The notes under the pieces: generated by a model
The model's database searches: none
Seen by the model: the letters and a program-made list of their open reading frames with translations, nothing else
Told to the model about the DNA's origin: nothing
Shown here: positions 52,533 to 60,186 of the stretch, in pieces
Layout: each line of letters starts with the position of its first letter
How positions within the stretch are numbered: position 1 is the first letter of the stretch
Made by a program: the position numbers and the translations under genes
Source: Bacteroidales bacterium
GTDB taxonomy: Bacteria; Bacteroidota; Bacteroidia; Bacteroidales; UBA1402
Length of the DNA stretch: 64,000 nucleotides
Assembly: GCA_017468435.1 (NCBI GenBank)
Contig: JAFUIP010000002.1
Location: forward strand, 2,025-66,024
Direction of reading: 5' to 3'

Positions 52533-55349
52533 TCAAAGCTTCTCTTTGAGGAAATGGGCAGTATGGCTGCGCTCGCATAACAGCAAATCTTCGGGCGAGC
52601 CGGCAAACAGCAATTCACCACCCGCATCACCACCTTCCGGACCAAGCTCGATGATATGGTCGGCCGACTTGATCACCTCAAGATTATGTTCGATAATGAT
52701 GACGGTATGGCCGTTGGCAATGAGGTTGTTGAGCGCATTCAGCAAAACATGGATATCGTGAAAATGCAGGCCCGTGGTAGGTTCATCGAAGATGAAAACA
52801 GAAGGCTTCGGCTGCTCCTGGCTCAGATAATAGGCCAGCTTAACACGCTGACTTTCACCGCCGGACAAAGTAGAAGACGACTGACCTAACTTGATGTAAC
52901 CCAATCCTACCATTTGCAAAGGTTTCAGACGTTTCACGATTTTTCTTTCCACGGAAGTGCTGCCTTCGGCGAAGAATTCACAAGCCTGATTCACAGTCAT
53001 TTCCAAGACGTCGTAAATAGATTTGCCTTTGTACAGAACTTCGAGGACATCCGACTGAAAACGTTTGCCCTGGCAATGTTCGCAAGTCATGACAATGTCG
53101 GCCATGAACTGCATATCCACATGCACCACGCCTTCGCCCTGACAATGTTCGCAACGTCCACCTTCCTGATTGAAAGAGAAATACGCAGGCGTCATACCCA
53201 TTTGTTTGGCCAAAGGCTGATCAGCAAAAAGCTTACGGATTTCGTCATAAACCTTCAGGTAGGTAGCCGGATTCGAGCGCGAAGATTTACCGATAGGATT
53301 CTGATCGACAAACTCGATATCATGCAGCAAATGCAAGTCGCCGGAAAGTTCGCGGAAAGTGCCCGGACGCTCGGTCGATTCGCTCAAAGCGCGTTTCACG
53401 GCCACATAGAAAACGTCGCGCACCAAGGAAGATTTTCCCGATCCGCTCACACCGGTGACCACCGTCATCACATTCAACGGGAACTTCACGTCGATTTCTT
53501 TCAAATTGTGATGACAAACGCCTTTCAGTTGGATATAATTGGTCCATCGACGACGAAAAGCCGGCAAAGCAATTTGCTCGTGACCACTTAAATAATTGAG
53601 CGTATGGCTTTTTAGCATATCGCCTTCGAGCACAGCTTCACCATCTTTCAAAAGCGGAGCCAAAGCCCCTTGGTAAACAAGTTGTCCGCCCAAACGACCG
53701 GCATCAGGACCGATATCGACAATGTAGTCGGCCGCGCGAATCATTTCCTCGTCGTGTTCCACCACCACCACCGTGTTGCCCAAAGCCTGCAACTGACGCA
53801 AAACCTTGATGAGACGGTCGGTATCGCGGGCATGCAAACCAATGCTGGGTTCGTCGAGCACATAGAGTGAGCCCACCAAGCTGCTACCCAAGGAAGTTAC
53901 CAAATTGATGCGCTGACTCTCGCCGCCGGAAAGACTGTTCGAAAGACGATCCAGACGCAAGTAGCCCAAGCCCACATCGAGCAGAAACTGCAGACGCTTG
54001 CGAATCTCCAGAAGAAGACGCTCGGCCACTATGCTCTCGGTTTCCGTCAGGGAAAGATGATTGAAAAAGTCGAGCAAATCGGTGATGGACATTTCCACCA
54101 AGTCGGCAATGTTTTTTCCACCCACTTTCACATAGAAAGCCGAAGGTTTCAGACGACGGCCCTTGCAATCGGGACAAATGGTTTTGCCACGATAACGGGC
54201 CAGCATCACGCGGTTTTGTATCTTGTATTGCTTTTCTTCAATATGTTTGAAAAAATCGTTCAAGCCATGGAAATATCTATTGCCCGTCCACACCAATTCG
54301 CGCTGGGCTTCAGTGAGTTGATACCAAGGTTTGAAGATAGGGAAATCGAATTTGGGAGCCGCCATGATCAGCGCTTTCTTCCATTCGCCCATCACCTGTC
54401 CACGCCAACAAGCAATGGCATCGTCGTAAATGGAAAGCGACTTGTCGGGAACAATCAAATCTTCATCGAGACCCACCACGCGGCCGAAACCTTCGCAAGT
54501 AGGACAAGCGCCGCTGGGAGAATTGAAGTTGAACATCAAGTCGGTAGGCTCTTCGAAAGTGATGCCATCGGCCTCGAAACGATCGGAAAATGATTTGAGC
54601 ACTTCGCCCCCTTCGGCATACATTCTGACAGCGCAAGCGTGTTGACCTTCGTAAAAAGCCGTTTCCACAGAATCGAACAGACGCGAACGATTCAAAGCAT
54701 CGTCTTGCACGCTCAGACGGTCTATGACGAGATACCTTGCCTTAGATTTCAGGCAAACATCGAGCAGGGCGGCATCTTCCAAAATATCGTCTATGCGCTG
54801 CTGTTGAGGGCCTTCGGGCGTATCTATTTCCAAACGGCTGTAACCTTGTCGCATCAGCGATTCCAAACTTTCTTTCGAATCGATTTTCCGCGGACAAAGC
54901 AAAAGAAAACGCGTTCCCAAAGGGAATGTCTGCACGAAATCCACCACATCTTGCACGTTGTGTCGCTTCACCTCCTCGCCCGAAACCGGAGAAAAAGTGC
55001 GGCCGATGCGGGCAAAAAGCATGCGCAGATAATCGTAAATTTCGGTAGAAGTACCCACCGTCGAACGAGCGTTGCGATTGATTACCTTTTGTTCGATGGC
55101 AATGGTGGGCGGAATATTTCGAATGAAATCGACCTCGGGCTTGTTCATTCTGCCCAAGAACTGACGCGCATAAGCCGACAAGCTCTCTACATAACGACGC
55201 TGACCCTCAGCATATAAAGTATCAAAAGCCAAAGAAGATTTGCCGCTTCCCGACAAACCCGTGATCACCGTGAAAGAATTGAGCGGAATCTTGACGCTGA
55301 TGTTTTTCAGGTTATTTACCCTGGCTCCTTTTATTTCAATATATTTCAT
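52533..55349 (-). CDS. uvrA: excinuclease ABC subunit A
   Basis: MKYIEIKGARVNNLKN, two ABC ATPase modules (GLSGSGKSSLAFDT, GVSGSGKSSLV, LSGGESQR twice) and zinc-finger Cys pairs. Confidence 0.95.
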   Translation of the reverse strand: MKYIEIKGARVNNLKNISVKIPLNSFTVITGLSGSGKSSLAFDTLYAEGQRRYVESLSAYARQFLGRMNKPEVDFIRNIPPTIAIEQKVINRNARSTVGTSTEIYDYLRMLFARIGRTFSPVSGEEVKRHNVQDVVDFVQTFPLGTRFLLLCPRKIDSKESLESLMRQGYSRLEIDTPEGPQQQRIDDILEDAALLDVCLKSKARYLVIDRLSVQDDALNRSRLFDSVETAFYEGQHACAVRMYAEGGEVLKSFSDRFEADGITFEEPTDLMFNFNSPSGACPTCEGFGRVVGLDEDLIVPDKSLSIYDDAIACWRGQVMGEWKKALIMAAPKFDFPIFKPWYQLTEAQRELVWTGNRYFHGLNDFFKHIEEKQYKIQNRVMLARYRGKTICPDCKGRRLKPSAFYVKVGGKNIADLVEMSITDLLDFFNHLSLTETESIVAERLLLEIRKRLQFLLDVGLGYLRLDRLSNSLSGGESQRINLVTSLGSSLVGSLYVLDEPSIGLHARDTDRLIKVLRQLQALGNTVVVVEHDEEMIRAADYIVDIGPDAGRLGGQLVYQGALAPLLKDGEAVLEGDMLKSHTLNYLSGHEQIALPAFRRRWTNYIQLKGVCHHNLKEIDVKFPLNVMTVVTGVSGSGKSSLVRDVFYVAVKRALSESTERPGTFRELSGDLHLLHDIEFVDQNPIGKSSRSNPATYLKVYDEIRKLFADQPLAKQMGMTPAYFSFNQEGGRCEHCQGEGVVHVDMQFMADIVMTCEHCQGKRFQSDVLEVLYKGKSIYDVLEMTVNQACEFFAEGSTSVERKIVKRLKPLQMVGLGYIKLGQSSSTLSGGESQRVKLAYYLSQEQPKPSVFIFDEPTTGLHFHDIHVLLNALNNLIANGHTVIIIEHNLEVIKSADHIIELGPEGGDAGGELLFAGSPEDLLLCERSHTAHFLKEKL

Positions 55350-55453
55350 TCGATTATTCCCCATTTTCTATTTTAAGGCCGCAAAATTACAATATTTTTT
55401 CTAAGTTTGTCGTCGCTTGTCAGCGCTTTGAAATCATTATCAACAAAACTACT

Positions 55454-56293
55454 ATGAATCTGAAGAATAAAGTCATCGTTACCGTGGCTCCTGTTTGCCA
55501 TGTTGGAAAAGAAGTACCCGCCGGATCGCATAATCCGCTCAGTCCCGAAGACATCACCCGCGACGTTTTGGCCTGCGCCAAAGCCGGTGCCAGCCAGGTG
55601 CATCTGCATACCCGCGATTTGGAAGGTAATCCCACCTTCGATTTGACGGTTTTCAGCCAGACTTGCGAAATGATTCGCCGCGAAAGCGACATCATCATTC
55701 AAAGTTCTACAGGAGGCTTGTCTTCATTGAGTTTGGAAGAACGTTGCGTTTGCCTGAATGTGCCCGCCGTGCAAGTGGCTTCGCTCAACATGGGTTCGGT
55801 GAATTTTGCCGAAACGGTGTACGTAAACACTTTGCCCGAAATCCGCTACTGGAAAGGCCGCATAGACCAAGCCCAGGCCGTGCCCGAAATGGAGTTGTTC
55901 GACCTGAGTCATGTGGAAACCTGTACCCGTCTGGCCGACGAAGGTGTGCTGCAACGTCCGCTGCATTACAATTTCTGCTTGGGTCCCGGCGCATCGAGCA
56001 ATCTGAGTGCCAGCACCAAGGTTCTGGATTGTCTGTTAGCGCTTGCCGAAGAAGGTTCTACCTGGGGCCTCAACCACGACACCATGCCCGATTTGAACTT
56101 CCTCACCACCGCTGTCAAAATGGGGGCCAATGCCATCCGCGTGGGTTTCGAAGACAGTTTCTATTATGCGCCCGGAAAGAACGCCGCCAACAATGCCGAA
56201 TTGGTGGAACGATTGGTGGCCTTGCTGCGTGAAAATGGTTACGAACCTGCCAGTGTAGAAGAAGCCAAGGTAATGTTGGGTGTACGCAAATAA
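55454..56293 (+). CDS. beta-keto acid cleavage enzyme family (BKACE/DUF849; 3-keto-5-aminohexanoate cleavage-like)
   Basis: KVIVTVAPV, AGASQVHLHTRD, IIQSSTGG, ASLNMGSVNF and PEMELFD match the BKACE TIM-barrel pattern. Confidence 0.8.
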   Translation: MNLKNKVIVTVAPVCHVGKEVPAGSHNPLSPEDITRDVLACAKAGASQVHLHTRDLEGNPTFDLTVFSQTCEMIRRESDIIIQSSTGGLSSLSLEERCVCLNVPAVQVASLNMGSVNFAETVYVNTLPEIRYWKGRIDQAQAVPEMELFDLSHVETCTRLADEGVLQRPLHYNFCLGPGASSNLSASTKVLDCLLALAEEGSTWGLNHDTMPDLNFLTTAVKMGANAIRVGFEDSFYYAPGKNAANNAELVERLVALLRENGYEPASVEEAKVMLGVRK

Positions 56294-56299
56294 AACGTT

Positions 56300-57673
56300 A
56301 TGACTATCAAAGAATTGCTCAGCGCATCGCGCTTCAAGATGATTGCCTTAGACGACGATCCCACCGGCATTCAAACCGTGCATGGTTGCCTGCTCATCAC
56401 CGATTGGTCGACCCAAAATCTGAAGACTGCCTTCGAAGACGAATGCGATTTTTTCTATGTGCTCACCAACACCCGCGCCATGACTGCCGCCCAAGCCGCC
56501 GAAGTGACGCGCTCGGCCATGGAGGCCATTCTGGAAGCCAACAAAGAATTCAACTATCAGCTTATTTTCGTGAGCCGCAGCGACTCTACCTTGCGTGGAC
56601 ATTTCCCCTTGGAAACCGACATCATGCACGAATGCCTGGAAAAGGCCGGCATCGCTCGCTTGCCGCTGACGATATTTGCACCGGCTTTCATCGAGGTAGG
56701 CCGACTGAGTATCGATGGCACGCATTACCTGAAAGATGGCGACCAACTGATTCCCGTCAATGAAACCGAATTTGCCCGCGACAATGTCTTTGCCTATCAT
56801 CATGCCCGTCTGCAAGATTATATCGCTGAGAAATTAGGCGGAAAGGCTTTTGCCTACGAACGTTTTCACAAAGGAGACAAGGCGGATGATCTGCGCAAAA
56901 TGATAGAGAATTTACAAGGCCAAATCAGGTTTGATGCCGCAACTCTTGATAAAGCTGCCATGCCTGCTTTCCTCACGGTGGATGCGGATACTTACGCCGA
57001 TTTGGAGAATTTTGCATCTTGCCTGCTTTCTTATCTTTCGCAAGACAATCGCGTGGCCGTGCTGAGAACTTCTTCCTCGCTTCCCAAGGCGCTTAGCGGC
57101 ATAGAAAACAAGGATTTGCTTAGCGAAGACGAATTGATACAAGGCGACAATGCGCATCAGGGTTTGTTCATTGTGGGCTCGCACGTGAAGAAAACCACCG
57201 CGCAATTGGCTCAACTTCTGGCTTGTCCGCAAACCAAAGGCATAGAACTGAGCATAGAAGACATTCTGTATCGCAGCGACGAGCTGTTGAAAAATGTGCA
57301 ACAAGCCTTGACAGAAGCCGACAACGCCGGCCTGACGCCCGTGGTGTTCACCGCCCGCAAAGAAGTGCGCTTGGACAATGCCGATGAACGCCAGGCGCTC
57401 GGACAGAAAGTATCTGATTTTCTGGTAAGTATTGTGGAGCATCTGCCCTATCAACCGGCTTATTTAGTAGCCAAGGGCGGCATCACTTCGCACGACATCC
57501 TCACGCAGGGCCTGTCTATTCGTCTGGCTCGGGTGATGGGACAGATCTTGCCCGGTGTGCCTTGCATCCGCACCGATGAATCGGCTCGTTTCGCGCATTT
57601 GCCTTACATCATTTTCCCCGGCAACGTGGGCAGCGAGAACTCCTTGGCCGAAGCCTTCGAAAAGTTGAAATAA
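56300..57673 (+). CDS. four-carbon acid sugar kinase family protein (DUF1537)
   Basis: N-terminal IALDDDPTGIQTVHG and C-terminal nucleotide-binding half (YLVAKGGITSHDILTQGL, IIFPGNVGS). It starts 7 nt after the BKACE stop. Confidence 0.8.
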   Translation: MTIKELLSASRFKMIALDDDPTGIQTVHGCLLITDWSTQNLKTAFEDECDFFYVLTNTRAMTAAQAAEVTRSAMEAILEANKEFNYQLIFVSRSDSTLRGHFPLETDIMHECLEKAGIARLPLTIFAPAFIEVGRLSIDGTHYLKDGDQLIPVNETEFARDNVFAYHHARLQDYIAEKLGGKAFAYERFHKGDKADDLRKMIENLQGQIRFDAATLDKAAMPAFLTVDADTYADLENFASCLLSYLSQDNRVAVLRTSSSLPKALSGIENKDLLSEDELIQGDNAHQGLFIVGSHVKKTTAQLAQLLACPQTKGIELSIEDILYRSDELLKNVQQALTEADNAGLTPVVFTARKEVRLDNADERQALGQKVSDFLVSIVEHLPYQPAYLVAKGGITSHDILTQGLSIRLARVMGQILPGVPCIRTDESARFAHLPYIIFPGNVGSENSLAEAFEKLK

Positions 57674-57732
57674 TCCGGCTTCGTAGCTCCGCCATCTTGA
57701 ATGAACGTTGAACAAATCAAACTGGAACCACG

Positions 57733-58146
57733 ATGAAAAAACTTGCATTATCTCTCTTGATGGCTTGCTTTATCTGCCTGAGTTCTTGGGCCGAAAGCAA
57801 GCATAATAGCATCGTCGGCAATTGGATGCTTCAAGAAATTGAAAACAACAAAGGCAATAAAACCGCCATTGAATACGGAAAGAACATTCTGATTTTTGAT
57901 GAGGTCTTGCACATGGCCTGCATCAACGATTTGAAGGGCAACAAAAAATCCATTTGCGATTTGTCGAAGTATTCCATTTACGCCTTCGACGCAGAAAAGA
58001 TGAAATTGTTCCTTTCGGGCATCGTTATTTCGGAGGGAGACGACTACACCAAAAGAATTGTTTACAGCGTCTCCTTGCCAAACGATTCCACATTGATATT
58101 GCAATATCGCGGCGAAAAAGCCCTCTACACCAAAATGAACCAGTAA
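57733..58146 (+). CDS. small secreted/lipoprotein-like hypothetical protein (lipocalin-like size)
   Basis: Signal peptide MKKLALSLLMACFICLSSWA, 137 aa, with no motif recognised. Confidence 0.6.
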   Translation: MKKLALSLLMACFICLSSWAESKHNSIVGNWMLQEIENNKGNKTAIEYGKNILIFDEVLHMACINDLKGNKKSICDLSKYSIYAFDAEKMKLFLSGIVISEGDDYTKRIVYSVSLPNDSTLILQYRGEKALYTKMNQ

Positions 58147-58170
58147 GGCCTTGGGCTAAAGCTTTCGACT

Positions 58171-58206
58171 CTCGCGCCACGAATGCGGCACCACCACAGG
58201 CGGATG
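58171..58206. repeat. 36-bp direct repeat, left copy
   Basis: ctcgcgccacgaatgcggcaccaccacaggcggatg is identical to 59943-59978, and the flanking bases differ on both sides. Confidence 0.95.
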
Positions 58207-58208
58207 CG

Positions 58209-58239
58209 TTGTCACAAAATTGCTGAAATCTTGTGACAA
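58209..58239. promoter_or_regulatory. 9-N13-9 palindrome TTGTCACAA-N13-TTGTGACAA
   Basis: It has perfect 9-bp arms (58209-17 and 58231-39). It lies 2 nt inside the left direct repeat and 13 nt beyond the AbiEii stop. It has the same architecture as the palindrome at 59879-59909. Confidence 0.6.
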
Positions 58240-58251
58240 GGTTCTGAGGAA

Positions 58252-59262
58252 TTATCGATTCTGAAATCGCGTCTCCAACTCTCTCATTCTCTCTATGAGT
58301 TCACTAAAGGAAAGAGAATCGCCATAAATCATGCTTGACTGCATATCTGCATAGTCAGCAGCCCAGGTTTGAAAATGTTCTGTTGGCGGCACAAGTACTA
58401 TACGATCTCTGATATCCGGACTATAGTCCACATCGTGCATATGGGTGAATACATTCCTATGATGGTGGATGGTATTCCATAACTCATCATCCTTTATTGC
58501 TCCAATAGCAAATTCTTTATCCATCATCTTTTCAAGGTCGTATAGATGACGACTCTTACGTTCTGCTCTGAAACAAGCATTGGTCGTAAATAATTCGTGC
58601 AGCAAGAATGCCTTTTCCAAGAATGTTTTAGCCGCCACAGCCGTTGTTATCTCTACTTTCACTACTGATGTTTGTATAGTAGGGAAAGCATCTGATACCA
58701 TACTATTGATAGAGGCTTTTTGTGTGGGCTCAAACAATGAACGTGCCCCTGTCTCAAGTATAATTTGGGGTTTTACATAAGACAACTCCGTATCAAAAAG
58801 AGACTTATATATAATGAAAATCTTGCGAGGCTCAGGGTAAGTCTTGTCTCCTTCTCCATTGGGTTGAGCCTCAATAGTAAGATATTCCTCCAAACCATAT
58901 TTTTTGACCGCATTTACCAAGGCTTCACAAAATTCATTACAAACGAAAAGTGACGACGCTTTACGCAATTTCTTCAATTGACGAATAGTCAAATCCCCTT
59001 CAAGACCAAATATGTTACGGTCTATTGCAAGATCTATATCTTCAGAGAATCTATCTATAAGACCCCATACCTTACTCAATGAGGTACCTCCCTTGAATAC
59101 TAATTTATTGGCAAATGGTAGTGAGAAGATAATTTCAAGTATAGTACTAACCCATAAATCTTTTTCAACTATCTGTTTAGACAAGCCCTGTTTGAGAGCA
59201 GTCTGTTCTATCACAATTTTCTTGGAGTCTTGTGGTAATATATGGAAGTTATTAGCATTCAT
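58252..59262 (-). CDS. abiEii: nucleotidyltransferase AbiEii/AbiGii-family toxin
   Basis: EKDLWVSTILEIIF...LVFKGGTSLSKVWGLIDRFSEDIDLAI is the family signature. 336 aa. Confidence 0.9.
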   Translation of the reverse strand: MNANNFHILPQDSKKIVIEQTALKQGLSKQIVEKDLWVSTILEIIFSLPFANKLVFKGGTSLSKVWGLIDRFSEDIDLAIDRNIFGLEGDLTIRQLKKLRKASSLFVCNEFCEALVNAVKKYGLEEYLTIEAQPNGEGDKTYPEPRKIFIIYKSLFDTELSYVKPQIILETGARSLFEPTQKASINSMVSDAFPTIQTSVVKVEITTAVAAKTFLEKAFLLHELFTTNACFRAERKSRHLYDLEKMMDKEFAIGAIKDDELWNTIHHHRNVFTHMHDVDYSPDIRDRIVLVPPTEHFQTWAADYADMQSSMIYGDSLSFSELIERMRELETRFQNR

Positions 59263-59860
59263 AAAGTTTCGATAGTAAATGTTGTATCCAAGTAGGCATT
59301 AGTGTATAATCTTTCTCTACAGATAGCTTCTCCTCATTTTTCAGAAGATTTTTAATGATTTGTTTTTGATCCTCTGTTACATTGCCTTCGCCTATTTCTT
59401 TCAAAGCAAAAGTAAGAAGCATTGCAAGTTTGTTTTTGAATGCCAGATTTTTAGGAGCCGTTTTAATGAATTTAATTCCTCTACCAGACTTCAGAGATAT
59501 GGTTCGCGGACTTCCATCTGTTAGGTAAACTACATTTGCAGGTACTTGGGTAGAAAGCCCGAGAACATTCAATGCATAACTACCCGTGGGAACGATTCTA
59601 GCCTTATCTCGTTTGGCTATATATTGAGCAATTTCTTCAAAAGTGGGACAAATAACCCCAAGACCTAAAAACTTGTCAATTTTAGGATAACAATATATAC
59701 CACGGGCAACACGAACTATCGTTCCCGCGTTAGCCATCCTCTCAAGAGCCTTCAGGACAGATTTGGGTTCTCCCAAATTTATAAAATCAGCAGACGAAAA
59801 TATACTTCCTCTTCCGCACTTCTTAATCTTATTATGTATCTTATCATCAATCGATTCCAT
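59252..59860 (-). CDS. abiEi: AbiEi-type antitoxin / transcriptional regulator (type IV TA)
   Basis: GRGSIFSSADFINLGEPKSVLKALERMANAGTIVRVARGIYCYPK is a winged-helix AbiEi N-domain pattern. It overlaps abiEii by 11 nt. I chose ATG 59860 because the track start at 59887 is a TTG. Confidence 0.85.
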   Translation of the reverse strand: MESIDDKIHNKIKKCGRGSIFSSADFINLGEPKSVLKALERMANAGTIVRVARGIYCYPKIDKFLGLGVICPTFEEIAQYIAKRDKARIVPTGSYALNVLGLSTQVPANVVYLTDGSPRTISLKSGRGIKFIKTAPKNLAFKNKLAMLLTFALKEIGEGNVTEDQKQIIKNLLKNEEKLSVEKDYTLMPTWIQHLLSKLYEC

Positions 59861-59878
59861 AAGATATATGTTTAAATT

Positions 59879-59909
59879 TTGTCGCAAATATAATCTTTTT
59901 TTGCGACAA
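59879..59909. promoter_or_regulatory. 9-N13-9 palindrome TTGTCGCAA-N13-TTGCGACAA overlapping a -7 box; likely AbiEi operator
   Basis: It has perfect arms (extendable to 11 bp), 19 nt upstream of abiEi ATG. The minus-strand TATATTTG (plus 59885-59892) matches TAnnTTTG and lies inside the palindrome. Confidence 0.6.
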
Positions 59910-59933
59910 AAAACCTTCAGAGGAAATATATTT

Positions 59934-60185
59934 TTACTTTACCTCGCGCCACGAATGCGGCACCACCACAGGCGGATGAGTCGGAACGAAAGCGCTATCG
60001 GATGCTTGGATGCTGTCTTTTCCGAAAGGCTCTTCTGTGGCAGCCGAAGATTTTTCCGTGGCAACCGAAGGCCTTTCCGTTTCACTTCCTGATTTCTTAG
60101 ACGAAACACAAGCCAAAAACACTGCCGACGACAGTAATAAAACTGTCGTCAGCAAGCATTTGTAAAGATATTTCTTCGTTCGCAT
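59934..60185 (-). CDS. small lipoprotein, hypothetical
   Basis: MRTKKYLYKCLLTTVLLLSSAVFLAC (lipobox). It starts 1 nt after the stop of the upstream M64 gene. Its last 14 codons include the right 36-bp direct repeat. Confidence 0.6.
   Translation of the reverse strand: MRTKKYLYKCLLTTVLLLSSAVFLACVSSKKSGSETERPSVATEKSSAATEEPFGKDSIQASDSAFVPTHPPVVVPHSWREVK
59943..59978. repeat. 36-bp direct repeat, right copy
   Basis: It is identical to 58171-58206, at a spacing of 1772 bp. Confidence 0.95.
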
Positions 60186-60186
60186 A

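Noticed and set aside
58209-58239. Simple rho-independent terminator for abiEii or the 57733-58146 gene.
   Set aside because: The hairpin has a 13-nt loop and no U-tract on either strand. Its exact architectural match to the promoter-proximal palindrome at 59879-59909 argues for a protein-binding site, although a terminator role is not excluded.
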